This document shows positions 29,163 through 38,946 of a stretch of DNA of 64,000 nt, in pieces (positions within the stretch are counted from its first letter, which is position 1; each line of letters begins with the position of its first letter). The stretch comes from Lachnospiraceae bacterium. Lineage in GTDB: Bacteria; Bacillota; Clostridia; Lachnospirales; Lachnospiraceae. Both the position numbers and the translations under genes were made by a program. The notes below the pieces were generated by a model. It was not told where the DNA came from and did not search any database. It was given only the letters and a program-made list of their open reading frames with translations. The DNA is taken from the NCBI GenBank assembly GCA_029226225.1, contig JAQXXU010000107.1:6532-70531 (forward strand). Reading direction: 5' to 3'.

Positions 29163-30446
29163 ATGAAGAAGACACCATTTACCACAAAGGAGAAGCTTGA
29201 AGAGATTGCCGCGAAGTACCCGACTCCTTTTCACATCTACGATGAGAAGGGCATCCGCGAGAACGCGCAGAAAGTAAAGGACGCTTTCGCCTGGAACAAG
29301 GGCTACAGAGAGTATTTTGCAGTGAAGGCGACGCCAAATCCGTTCCTGATGGATATTCTCCACGAGTACGGTTGTGGGGCTGACTGTTCGTCACTGACAG
29401 AGCTGATGCTCTCAGATGCTGTAGGACTTAAAGGGCATGAGATCATGTTCTCTTCAAACGATACACCTGATGAAGAGTTCAAAAAAGCTGCTGACCTCGG
29501 TGCTATCATAAATCTCGACGACATCACTCACATAGACGCCTGCCTTCGTGCTCTCGGCGGTAAGCTCCCAGAGACTATGTGCTGCCGATATAACCCGGGC
29601 GGCGTGTACACTCTCTCGAACGGCATCATGGATAACCCTGGTGACGCGAAGTATGGTATGACACATGACCAGCTGCTTGAGGCTTACAAGCGCCTGCGTG
29701 ATCTGGGTGTCAAGCACTTCGGACTGCACGCTTTCCTCGTGAGTAACACCGTCACGAACGATTACTATCCGGAGCTCAGCAGAACTCTCTTCGAGCTCGC
29801 TGTTGAGATAAAAGAAAAAGTCGGCATCTCGCTTGAATTCATAAACCTGTCAGGTGGTGTCGGTATCGCCTATAAGCCTGAGGAAACTCCGAACGATATC
29901 ACGATCATCGGTGAAAAAGTCCACCAGGTCTATGACGAGATCCTCGTCCCTGCTGGTCTCGGAGATGTAGCGCTCTATACCGAGATGGGGCGTTTCATGA
30001 TGGGGCCTTACGGAGCTTTAGTTACGAGAGTCCTTCACGAGAAAAAGACCTACAAGGACTACATCGGTGTCGATGCCTGCGCAGCAAATCTGATGCGCCC
30101 GGCCATGTATGGTGCTTATCATCACATCACCGTAATGGGAAAAGAGGACGCGCCGTGCGACCACACCTATGATGTGACCGGTTCTCTCTGTGAGAATAAC
30201 GATAAATTCGCCGTTGATCGGAAGCTACCCGAGATAGAGCGTGGAGACCTGCTCTTTATCCACGATGCAGGTGCTCATGGATTTTCGATGGGATACAACT
30301 ACAACGGTCGTCTCTGGAGTTCAGAGATCCTGCTCCACCCGGACGGCAGTTTCGATATGATAAGACGTGCAGAAGAGCCGAAGGACTACTTTGCTACCTT
30401 CGACTGCTTCCCGATCTGGGACAGACTACAGAAAGAATGGGAATAA
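29163..30446 (+). CDS. lysA: Diaminopimelate decarboxylase
   Basis: TPFHIYDE, FAVKA PLP lysine, INLSGG, EMGR, GSLCENND, GAHGFSMGYNYN. Confidence 0.93.
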   Translation: MKKTPFTTKEKLEEIAAKYPTPFHIYDEKGIRENAQKVKDAFAWNKGYREYFAVKATPNPFLMDILHEYGCGADCSSLTELMLSDAVGLKGHEIMFSSNDTPDEEFKKAADLGAIINLDDITHIDACLRALGGKLPETMCCRYNPGGVYTLSNGIMDNPGDAKYGMTHDQLLEAYKRLRDLGVKHFGLHAFLVSNTVTNDYYPELSRTLFELAVEIKEKVGISLEFINLSGGVGIAYKPEETPNDITIIGEKVHQVYDEILVPAGLGDVALYTEMGRFMMGPYGALVTRVLHEKKTYKDYIGVDACAANLMRPAMYGAYHHITVMGKEDAPCDHTYDVTGSLCENNDKFAVDRKLPEIERGDLLFIHDAGAHGFSMGYNYNGRLWSSEILLHPDGSFDMIRRAEEPKDYFATFDCFPIWDRLQKEWE

Positions 30447-30540
30447 CTCCATGCACCCGTGAGGGTGGGTAAGAGAAGGCACAACGGAGCAGCATAACGC
30501 CTGTCTGTTTTTTAAGACAGGCGTTATGGAGCGAAGTTAG
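30445..30540. repeat. Multi-hairpin intergenic element / lysA terminator region
   Basis: CACCC-GTGA-GGGTG and CATAACGCCTGTCT...AGACAGGCGTTATG stems. Confidence 0.5.
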
Positions 30541-30549
30541 TTCCAACGA

Positions 30550-30632
30550 GCAGGAGTGGCGGAATGGCAGACGCGACAGACTCAAAATCTGTTATGGGCA
30601 ACCATGTGTGGGTTCGAGCCCCATCTCCTGTA
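30550..30632 (+). tRNA. tRNA-Leu(CAA)
   Basis: GCAGGAG/CTCCTGT acceptor stem, ACAGA-CTCAAAA-TCTGT anticodon arm, long variable arm, GGTTCGAGCCC. Confidence 0.95.
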
Positions 30633-30697
30633 CTAAAAAAACAGGTCGTGCAACAGATGCACTGCCTGTTTTGATCTGACATTTTTTAAAATCCATC

Positions 30698-31360
30698 TCA
30701 GTTATAGTACCTATGGACCTTCTCCACGTATCGCTTCCCTGCTGCTGTCAAAGTGTCACCCGCACGGTGGATGGCGCCGCTTCCGCAGTTGTAAGCAGCG
30801 CAGGCAAGGTCTACATTTCCATTGAATTCCTTCAGTTTGTCTGCCAGAACGTGAGCACCGCCCATGATATTCTGCTCCGGGTCGTAAGGGTCTGTGACTC
30901 CGTATGACTTGGCGGTCGCCGGCATCAGCTGCATGATGCCTTGGGCACCAGCTCCAGAGGTGGAAGTGTTATGGAATCCGCTCTCTATATAACCGATCGT
31001 CTCTAAGAGCTTTACATCGACACCATACTTATCTGCCGCTTTTTCAAAAATGCTCTTGAGTGAATACGGCACCTTAAAGCCGAGACCAGTGTCTACCGGA
31101 GTCGAGGTAGCCGCAGAAGACGCTTGCGCTGTTTGGCTTCCCGTAGATGTCGAAGACGCTGCACTTCCCGCCGTCGTATTCGCCGATGCAGCCGATGCCT
31201 GCTGGCTGCCTGCCATTTTTTCAGAAAGTATATGCTGGAACTGCTGAAGCGACGGACCCTGATCTGCTATCTCAGAAGCCCTGGTCTTTGTAGTCTCTGA
31301 GGCCGTCTTCGTCAGCTCGCTTGTGTATTTATATCCTGGTGACGTGATCGTGATAACCAT
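30698..31360 (-). CDS. Lytic transglycosylase (SLT domain) protein
   Basis: IESGF, GAQGIMQLMPATA, AAYNCG motifs. Confidence 0.9.
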   Translation of the reverse strand: MVITITSPGYKYTSELTKTASETTKTRASEIADQGPSLQQFQHILSEKMAGSQQASAASANTTAGSAASSTSTGSQTAQASSAATSTPVDTGLGFKVPYSLKSIFEKAADKYGVDVKLLETIGYIESGFHNTSTSGAGAQGIMQLMPATAKSYGVTDPYDPEQNIMGGAHVLADKLKEFNGNVDLACAAYNCGSGAIHRAGDTLTAAGKRYVEKVHRYYN

Positions 31361-32166
31361 TATGATTCATCCTCCACCGAAACTTTATATCCGGCATTCG
31401 TCTGCATGATGCTGTAGTAGTCACGCAGATCAGCGTCCTTTACGACTTTCTCCTGGATCTCGGAATTCTGATGCTTAAGCCTCAGGTCCCTGATGATAAG
31501 GATCAGGCCACAGACTACCGCTATAGAAAAGCACGCTACTATAAAAAGCAGTATCAGCGCTCTCGCGAGGTCTAAGTGCTTTCCCTTCGCTGTCGTCAGA
31601 TCTGCGTCATATGATCCCTTTTCCAGTTCTTCCTCTGTCTCTTCTTGGACTTCTGCTTCCTCCTCTTCTTCTGGAGTCTCCTCAGCTTCGTCCTCTTTGG
31701 CCTTCTCTATCAGCTCTTCTGGAGGAACTTCAGCCAGTTCATCATCTGTCAGATGGTTTTCATCAGGGTTTTCATCAGGACTTTCCTCTTCCAGCTGTTC
31801 AGGCACTTCAGTTGTCCCTGTTTCGGTCTCTGCTTTCTTCTCCTCTGAAACCCGCTCAGTCACTACCGGCTTTGGCTTCTCCGGAACAGAAGCATTCCCC
31901 AGGGTGATCATGGCATAGCAGTTCTTACAGACCGGGTTTTCTCCCTCGGTCGGTGAACCACAGAGAATACATGTATGCTCATACTCTTCACCGTCATACA
32001 TCTGCTGGATACGCTCTAAATACCTCTTCCCGTACTCAGTTGAAAAAAGTGACTTCGGATTTAGCTTCAGAACCGCACCGATATTCTCATGGTCGGAATA
32101 ATCTATTTTTTTATCCAGGATCGCGATAACCTTCAGATCCCTCAGTATAGCCTGCTTCTCGGTCAT
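31360..32166 (-). CDS. Hypothetical protein with a CxxC...CxxC zinc ribbon, acidic linker and C-terminal TM helix
   Basis: CILC...CKNC, Glu-rich region, hydrophobic helix. Confidence 0.65.
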   Translation of the reverse strand: MTEKQAILRDLKVIAILDKKIDYSDHENIGAVLKLNPKSLFSTEYGKRYLERIQQMYDGEEYEHTCILCGSPTEGENPVCKNCYAMITLGNASVPEKPKPVVTERVSEEKKAETETGTTEVPEQLEEESPDENPDENHLTDDELAEVPPEELIEKAKEDEAEETPEEEEEAEVQEETEEELEKGSYDADLTTAKGKHLDLARALILLFIVACFSIAVVCGLILIIRDLRLKHQNSEIQEKVVKDADLRDYYSIMQTNAGYKVSVEDES

Positions 32167-32202
32167 TAAAGAAATTCCTTTCAGAATTTTATTATATCAT
32201 AA

Positions 32203-33714
32203 TCAGAAATCAGAAAAAAGGTTGTTTTTCCGTTCTATCATCTCATCGACACGTTCGATATAATTCTTTATATCCTTGACGTTCTCGCATCTGGTGATCT
32301 GGATGCCTCCATTTCCGTCAGAACGCACCTTCTTCGAAGCTGCGCCAGCTCCTAATGCCACTATGTCCTCTCGCTCTTCCATGATCATGACGTTATAGAT
32401 GCCGTCCTTGCCAGGCTTAGCCATACCGACATTTTCTAAGGCTCCGGCCATATTTTTCTGGCGGTAGAGATAGTAAGGATGCATGCCGAGCTCGCGTCCT
32501 GCAGCAAGCGCCTCGTCCATTATCGCAACAGAATTCGTGAAATCGAGATCCTCGTACTTATCCCATTCGAGCCTAAGTCTCGCCGCTGTCTTTATCGCAA
32601 GCGAATGTACTGTCAGATTATCAGGATCGAGCCGCTTTAGCTCAGTTAAAGTATGCCTTATGTCATCCACTCCCTCCCCTGGAAGCCCGAGGATCATATC
32701 CATGTTTATACAGGAAAAATCCTCGGATCTCGCCAGATCATAAGCCGTCAGGATATCCTGAACTGTGTGTTTTCTGCCGATCAGGTCAAGCGTCTTCTGG
32801 TTCATCGTCTGCGGATTTACAGAGATTCTCGTGACACCATGTGCTTTCATGACGCGAAGCTTCTCGGTCGTTATCGAATCCGGCCGGCCTGCTTCTACAG
32901 TGTACTCAGCCAGGTATGAGAGATCGAGTCTTTTTTCTATATATGAAAAAATGTCGTCAAGCTCCTCTGCAGTAAGCGTTGTCGGTGTCCCGCCTCCGAA
33001 GTAGATGCAGTCGAGTCTTCTGTTCTTAAAGCGTTCCGATACGAAGTCTATCTCCTTTTTAAGAGCTGTGATATATCCCGGAACCAGCGACGAATACGCG
33101 TCTATCTGGTGCGATGAGAACGAGCAGTACAGGCAGATCGATGGGCAGAACAGCACTCCTATGTATAGACTGTATCCATCTGTCTGAAGATTATAGTCAG
33201 GATGTCCGTCAAAGCTCTCTGTATTCGGAAAGTGCGAGAGGATCTGCTTTTCTGCCTGTGCTATCTCGAGGCTTTCGGATATTTTTTCATCGGAAGTGAA
33301 ATACTTCTCACGGTAAAAATCCCGGATCTCATCAGTGCTCTTTCCCTCTTCAGTCATCACGAGTGCTTCCTTAGTCGGGCGGATGCCCGTCGTCGAGCCC
33401 CATGGCAGACAACGTCCTGTGCCTTTTGAAACGAGCTGGTATATAGCGCGTTTTACGGCATTTTTTTCAGTAAGGCAGACTGCTGTCTGATTCCGGAATT
33501 CTAGCCTAGTCTTATCATCTTCGAAATCAAGTATCAGTACTGCTGCAGGCTCTGTAGACAGTCTCTCCTGCTTTTCTTCTGTACTTTCCCGCCCGAGAAG
33601 CTTACCATCACAGTAGACTAAAAGTCTGCTCTTCGGAAAAAAAGACCGGAACAGCGGCCCGGTCTCATTGTCAAAAAATCGTTTATTTTCGTGTAGTTCA
33701 ATCAAATCTCGCAT
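32203..33714 (-). CDS. hemZ: Radical SAM HemZ-family protein
   Basis: PWGSTTGIRP, CPSICLYCSF, GGGTP, EAGRPD, PYYLYRQKN. Confidence 0.9.
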   Translation of the reverse strand: MRDLIELHENKRFFDNETGPLFRSFFPKSRLLVYCDGKLLGRESTEEKQERLSTEPAAVLILDFEDDKTRLEFRNQTAVCLTEKNAVKRAIYQLVSKGTGRCLPWGSTTGIRPTKEALVMTEEGKSTDEIRDFYREKYFTSDEKISESLEIAQAEKQILSHFPNTESFDGHPDYNLQTDGYSLYIGVLFCPSICLYCSFSSHQIDAYSSLVPGYITALKKEIDFVSERFKNRRLDCIYFGGGTPTTLTAEELDDIFSYIEKRLDLSYLAEYTVEAGRPDSITTEKLRVMKAHGVTRISVNPQTMNQKTLDLIGRKHTVQDILTAYDLARSEDFSCINMDMILGLPGEGVDDIRHTLTELKRLDPDNLTVHSLAIKTAARLRLEWDKYEDLDFTNSVAIMDEALAAGRELGMHPYYLYRQKNMAGALENVGMAKPGKDGIYNVMIMEEREDIVALGAGAASKKVRSDGNGGIQITRCENVKDIKNYIERVDEMIERKNNLFSDF

Positions 33715-34339
33715 AAGGGTTATTTATCTTCTCAAATGCTATAGTGGTCTGTGAATCATGCCCCGGATAGACATTCGTATCCTCCGGCAGAGTCAGGAGC
33801 TTATCCTGTATCGAATGGATCTCATCAGATGTCGAACCACCCTTGAAGTCTGTCCGTCCGGCACTCTCGCAGAAGAGAGTATCTCCTGGAAACAGCATTT
33901 TTTCTTCAGGGAAAAAATACGAGCAGCCGCCTGGTGTATGACCCGGCGTCCAGATGACACGGACCTGAAATCCCACTATCTCTTTCTCGTCTCCATCTGA
34001 AAAAGTGTCCGTGATCAGCGGACTAAAATCCTTCGGCTCATAAGTCATGACAGCGGTCAGATTCGTCTCAGGATCCTCAAGCGTCTCCATCTCTTTGTCA
34101 AGTATATAAACCGATGGCTTCTTATCATAATGGGCTAAGAACTCTTCTACACCGCTCACATGATCGAAGTGTCCGTGCGTTAAGAGCACAGCCACCGGTT
34201 TTACGCTTTCTCTATCCAGTGCCTCGGCGATTTTCTCACCTGAAGCCCCCGGATCGATCACAATCCCCTCGTTCTCATCTGAAACGAGTATATAACAGTT
34301 AGTCTGTATCGGCCCAACAATGTAATGCAGTAATCTCAT
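33698..34339 (-). CDS. MBL-fold metallo-hydrolase (glyoxalase II-like)
   Basis: THGHFDH, PGHTPG, GDTLF, PGH motifs. Confidence 0.93.
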   Translation of the reverse strand: MRLLHYIVGPIQTNCYILVSDENEGIVIDPGASGEKIAEALDRESVKPVAVLLTHGHFDHVSGVEEFLAHYDKKPSVYILDKEMETLEDPETNLTAVMTYEPKDFSPLITDTFSDGDEKEIVGFQVRVIWTPGHTPGGCSYFFPEEKMLFPGDTLFCESAGRTDFKGGSTSDEIHSIQDKLLTLPEDTNVYPGHDSQTTIAFEKINNPYARFD

Positions 34340-36675
34340 CAGCCACTCGCTCTCTGTATATCGATCACGGACTCGATCTGCTTTATCTTATCGCAGATAG
34401 CCGACAGCTCCTCACGATTCTTCACCAGGAAGGACAAATCGATCGTAGCGATCCCCTGCTTGCTGGTCTTCGAATGGATAGAGCGGATGTCTATCTCATG
34501 CTCGGTAAATACCTTCGTGATGTCGACGAGCAGACCGGTCCTGTTGTGTCCGTAGATGTGGATCTCAGCCAGGAAGTTCTCCTCGTCCTTCGAGCTCAGA
34601 AGCTCCGGCTGCCACTCGGCTTCTATAAGCCTGTCTTTATCGGAATCAGGCATATTTATGATATTTATGCAGTCGGTACGGTGGATAGAGACACCTCTGC
34701 CTCTCGTCACGAAGCCGACTATCTCATCGCCAGGTACCGGGTTACAGCACTTTGAAAAACGAACCGACACATCGTAAAGCCCCTTTACGACGATGCCGCT
34801 CTTCGACTTCTTAGTCTTCTTGCCGACCTGTGGATGATCTTTATCGACAGGAGCATCAGGGTTATGAGCCTCGAGCACATCCTCGTCGGTGATAGTCAGA
34901 GGATGATCCTTCTTATAGCCGTCCTCCATTTTGTTGATGACGGCGCCTTCCTTCAGGCTTCCCTGACCCACAGCAGCAAGCACCGAATTCCAGTCATGGA
35001 AGCCGTACCTGCGCAGTACTCTCTCCTGATACTTAGGTTTGTTGATAGTTCCTAGATCTATGCCTTTGTTCTTTGCATTCTCGGTCAGAAGCTCCTGACC
35101 TTTCTGGATATTCTCATCCTTCGTGATCGAGCGGAACCACTGGTTTATTTTGTTCTTGGCCTGAGCGCTCTTTACGACGTTCAGCCAGTCACGGCTCGGG
35201 CCTCTCGAGTTCTGTGAAGTGATGATCTCGATACGGTCACCGTTTTTTATCTTATAATCTATCGGGACAAGCTTTCCATTGACCTTCGCTCCGACCATTT
35301 TGTTTCCGACAGCTGAGTGTATGCTATAGGCAAAATCTATAGGCGTCGAGCCTGCAGGGAGGTTCTTTACATCTCCTGAAGGCGTGAAGCAGAATACAGT
35401 ATCTGAAAACAGATTCAGGTCATTTTTTAGCAGAGATACAAACTCCCTGTTATCCGACATGTCACGCTGCCACTCGAGGATCTGCCTGAGCCAGGAAAGC
35501 TTTGCCTCCTCACGGTTTATCGTGGCGCCCTCGCCGCTCTCTTTGTACTTCCAGTGCGCGGCGATACCATACTCAGATGTCCTGTGCATCTCCCAGGTAC
35601 GGATCTGTATCTCGAAAGGCGTACCGTTCGGACCGATAAGAGTCGTGTGGAGCGACTGATACATATTCGGCTTCGGCATGGCGATATAGTCCTTGAAACG
35701 GCCTGGAATAGGCGTGTAGTTCTCATGGATCACGCCGAGTGCCGCATAACAGTCCTTGACGTCATTTACGATGATACGGATGGCAAACAGGTCATAGATC
35801 TGATCCAAGGTCTTGTGCTGGTTTACCATCTTTTTATATATACTGAAAAAATGCTTCGCACGGCCCTCGACTGTCGCCGTGATACCGGCATCACTTATAT
35901 GCTTTTTTACTTCGTCAACGAGCTTCTGCACATAGGCATCACGCTCTGTCTTTCTCTGGGCGATCTGCTCTACTAAGTCATAGTAAGCCTCAGGCTCCAA
36001 GTACTTCAGTGCCAGGTCATCGAGCTCTATTTTTATCCTGCTGATACCTAAACGCTGCGCGAGAGGAGCGTAGATCTCCATGGTCTCACGAGCCTTTTCC
36101 TTCTGCTTCTCAGGCTTCATGTACTTGAGAGTACGCATATTATGCAAGCGGTCAGCGAGCTTTATGATGATGACACGGATGTCCTTCGCCATGGCGAGGA
36201 ACATTTTTCTCAGGTTCTCAGCCTGGACTTCGACCTTATCAGCGTCGAGCGGCACCTGTCCGAGCTTTGTGACACCGTCGACTAATTCAGCGACTTCTTC
36301 TGAGAACTCACTTGCTATCTGCTCCCTAGTCATAGAGGTGTCTTCTACGACATCATGAAGAAGGCCTGCTGCTATAGTCTCCTTGTCCATCTCGAGGTCG
36401 GCGAGAATGATCGCCACCGAAAGCGGATGGATGATGTACGGCTCCCCGGACTTTCTGCGCTGGTCTTTGTGCGCTTCTTTCGCTACCCTGTATGCCTTCT
36501 CGATGATGGAGATGTCACCGTTCGGGTGGTATTTGCGCACTTTTTCAATGAGCTCTTTATAGAGCTCTTCCGGGTCCTCAAAGTCATGAGTGGCCACTAC
36601 GCTTCGGTTTGGCTTGGATATCTTCTCTTCCAGCTGCTCGAAGTCTTTGGATGTCACATCTGATATGTCAGCCAT
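34339..36675 (-). CDS. relA: Bifunctional (p)ppGpp synthetase/hydrolase Rel
   Basis: HD hydrolase (LLHDVVEDT), synthetase (YQSLHT, EIQIRT), TGS, ZFD and ACT domains; ATG 36675 preferred to GTG 36684 on RBS spacing. Confidence 0.97.
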   Translation of the reverse strand: MADISDVTSKDFEQLEEKISKPNRSVVATHDFEDPEELYKELIEKVRKYHPNGDISIIEKAYRVAKEAHKDQRRKSGEPYIIHPLSVAIILADLEMDKETIAAGLLHDVVEDTSMTREQIASEFSEEVAELVDGVTKLGQVPLDADKVEVQAENLRKMFLAMAKDIRVIIIKLADRLHNMRTLKYMKPEKQKEKARETMEIYAPLAQRLGISRIKIELDDLALKYLEPEAYYDLVEQIAQRKTERDAYVQKLVDEVKKHISDAGITATVEGRAKHFFSIYKKMVNQHKTLDQIYDLFAIRIIVNDVKDCYAALGVIHENYTPIPGRFKDYIAMPKPNMYQSLHTTLIGPNGTPFEIQIRTWEMHRTSEYGIAAHWKYKESGEGATINREEAKLSWLRQILEWQRDMSDNREFVSLLKNDLNLFSDTVFCFTPSGDVKNLPAGSTPIDFAYSIHSAVGNKMVGAKVNGKLVPIDYKIKNGDRIEIITSQNSRGPSRDWLNVVKSAQAKNKINQWFRSITKDENIQKGQELLTENAKNKGIDLGTINKPKYQERVLRRYGFHDWNSVLAAVGQGSLKEGAVINKMEDGYKKDHPLTITDEDVLEAHNPDAPVDKDHPQVGKKTKKSKSGIVVKGLYDVSVRFSKCCNPVPGDEIVGFVTRGRGVSIHRTDCINIINMPDSDKDRLIEAEWQPELLSSKDEENFLAEIHIYGHNRTGLLVDITKVFTEHEIDIRSIHSKTSKQGIATIDLSFLVKNREELSAICDKIKQIESVIDIQRASG

Positions 36676-36738
36676 AATGTCCACTCCTTTCTGTTCGTTA
36701 TCTCTCTATTATATATGGTACTTTTGAAAAAATCAATT

Positions 36739-37404
36739 TCAGTCTCTCGACTCTATTATCAGCATCTCACCATCGTCAAGCGAGAAGACCGCCTCATCTT
36801 CCGTGATCTCGTTACTGATCGTAAGGGTATAGTATCCGTTTCCACCACCGATGTCTGCTTTTTCAAGCGGATAGTATACACCTGAGGCGCTGACTCCATG
36901 GCATTCACCGAATATCGGAAAAAGTGACACGTACTTTCCGTACTGCTCGCTTTTCTTTATGGAAAGGCTCTCTCCTCCGCTTATCATTCGGATCCTGTTC
37001 TTTGAATCGTAAATGGCTGCTTCCTTGCCCTTTACATGTGCCCGTTTTAGCAGACTCAGGTTTCCAAGGATATGATCTATCCTGGTTCCAGTGGCTCCAA
37101 GGATGTCTATGCCGCCTTTTCCCATATTCATTCCGATATCAAGAGCAGCTTCGAGATCTGTATCATCCTTGATCGGATTCAGCTTTATGACCTTTATCCC
37201 GATCGACTCGAAATGCGTCAGCATCTCTTTCGTGCCTGACGACACAGAATCGAAATCTCCGACAGCCACATTGGGCTTTATATGAAGAAGGCGGCAGTAA
37301 TCCAGTCCCCTGTCTGCCGCTATGATGTATGCTTTACTTTTTCTGATGACTCTGATAGCCGTTTCCGTGTCAAGGCTCCCACCGCCTATGATCACTACTC
37401 TCAT
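36739..37404 (-). CDS. thiN: Thiamine diphosphokinase
   Basis: AADRG, GDFDS, KDDTD, GTRIDH, ISNE. Confidence 0.93.
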   Translation of the reverse strand: MRVVIIGGGSLDTETAIRVIRKSKAYIIAADRGLDYCRLLHIKPNVAVGDFDSVSSGTKEMLTHFESIGIKVIKLNPIKDDTDLEAALDIGMNMGKGGIDILGATGTRIDHILGNLSLLKRAHVKGKEAAIYDSKNRIRMISGGESLSIKKSEQYGKYVSLFPIFGECHGVSASGVYYPLEKADIGGGNGYYTLTISNEITEDEAVFSLDDGEMLIIESRD

Positions 37405-37405
37405 G

Positions 37406-38059
37406 TCATTCCTCCAGAATGTTCAGAAACTGTGTAGCGTTTTCCTCTAAATCTCCTTTGAAAAGTGCACTGCCTGTTACCAGGATATTCGCTCCGGCAT
37501 CTAAAAGCAGTCCGGCATTTTCAGTATTCACACCACCATCTACCTCTATGTCGAAGGAATTCTTTGATAAGTCACTGATCTTTTTCAGTTCACGGATTTT
37601 ATCTACCGTGTATGGTATCAGCTTCTGCCCGCCATAACCTGGATTTACAGTCATCACCAGTACCATGTCTACCTGGTCTAAGACACAGCTTAAAGCCGAT
37701 ACTGGTGTCGCCGGATTTATCGCAACCGACGCCATGGCTCCGACCTGCTTTATCTGCTGTATCACGGCATCCAAGTGCCGGCATGCCTCGAAATGGACTG
37801 TGATGATGTCAGCTCCGGCCTCTGCGCAGGCATTTATGTATCTGCCCGGGTCATCGACCATCATATGGACGTCGACCACTTTTTCAGTAAGGGAACGAAC
37901 TGCCTTCACGACCGGAAATCCAAAGCTGATATTCGGCACGAAACACCCATCCATGATATCTACGTGAAAATACGCAGCACCGGCATCATCCAAAAGCCGC
38001 ACCTGATCTCCAAGCCGGGTAAGGTCTGCTGACAAAAGCGACGGCGACAGACAGTTCAT
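37406..38059 (-). CDS. rpe: Ribulose-phosphate 3-epimerase
   Basis: SPSLLSAD, HVDIMDG, MTVNPGYGGQ, EVDGG. Confidence 0.96.
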   Translation of the reverse strand: MNCLSPSLLSADLTRLGDQVRLLDDAGAAYFHVDIMDGCFVPNISFGFPVVKAVRSLTEKVVDVHMMVDDPGRYINACAEAGADIITVHFEACRHLDAVIQQIKQVGAMASVAINPATPVSALSCVLDQVDMVLVMTVNPGYGGQKLIPYTVDKIRELKKISDLSKNSFDIEVDGGVNTENAGLLLDAGANILVTGSALFKGDLEENATQFLNILEE

Positions 38060-38946
38060 CTGTAGTTCCTCCTGTTTATTTCTTTTAACTCATCGTAAAT
38101 CCTGCAATAGTTCTCATACCTGACCTGGCTTATACTGCCGCTCTCCACGGCATTTTTTACAGCGCACGAAGGCTCGTTTATATGTACACAGCCCCTGAAT
38201 CTGCAGCCTTCCTGCCTCTCCACGAACTCCGGATAGTAGTCCCGAAGCTCAGTCTCTTTTATGTGCGGCAGATACACCGTCGAAAACCCCGGCGTATCAC
38301 AGATAAAAGTATCTGATGAAAGTGCCACAAGCTCTGTGTGTCTCGTGGTCTGCCGGCCCCTTCCGGTATGTCCGGATACCTCCGAAGTCTCTAAGTCCTC
38401 GTGTCCTGTAAGAGTGTTCAGAAGCGAAGACTTGCCTGCTCCTGATGGCCCGGCCACAGTGGATACATGGTGTTCTATGGTCTGACGGATCTCATCTATC
38501 CCACAGTCACTTTCAACTGAGATGAAATGTATCTCAAAGCCTGTTTTTTCATAGGTACTTCGGATTTTTTTCTCATCATCAGGCGAATTCAGATCCGACT
38601 TTGAGAAAACCAAAACCGGAGTAAGGCCCGCATACTGCAGGCAGACCAGGTATCTGTCTATCAGAGAAAAATTGATATCCGGGGTATGAACTGAGGTCAC
38701 GAGAAGCGCCAGATCGCAGTTCGCTACAGGCGGCCGTTGCATCGAAGACGTCCTGGGAAGGATTTTTTCGATATTTCCTTCCCTGTCGTGTTCGTGTGTG
38801 ACTACAAACTCAGCTTCATCGCCCACCAGGGGGTGGAGATTTCTCTTTCGGAAAACTCCGCGGGCCCGGCAGGCATATATGATCCCGGTGGCATAATCGT
38901 ATACGTAGTAAAATCCAGAAAGTGCCTTAACTATCCTGCCCGTCAT
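38056..38946 (-). CDS. rsgA: Ribosome small subunit-dependent GTPase A
   Basis: GPSGAGKS, TTRH, DTPG, CRFRGCVHINEPSC zinc finger. Confidence 0.96.
   Translation of the reverse strand: MTGRIVKALSGFYYVYDYATGIIYACRARGVFRKRNLHPLVGDEAEFVVTHEHDREGNIEKILPRTSSMQRPPVANCDLALLVTSVHTPDINFSLIDRYLVCLQYAGLTPVLVFSKSDLNSPDDEKKIRSTYEKTGFEIHFISVESDCGIDEIRQTIEHHVSTVAGPSGAGKSSLLNTLTGHEDLETSEVSGHTGRGRQTTRHTELVALSSDTFICDTPGFSTVYLPHIKETELRDYYPEFVERQEGCRFRGCVHINEPSCAVKNAVESGSISQVRYENYCRIYDELKEINRRNYR

Noticed and set aside
30550-32166. Prophage or ICE integrated at tRNA-Leu (SLT gene adjacent)
   Set aside because: No integrase, no visible duplicated tRNA 3' end, and housekeeping genes follow directly
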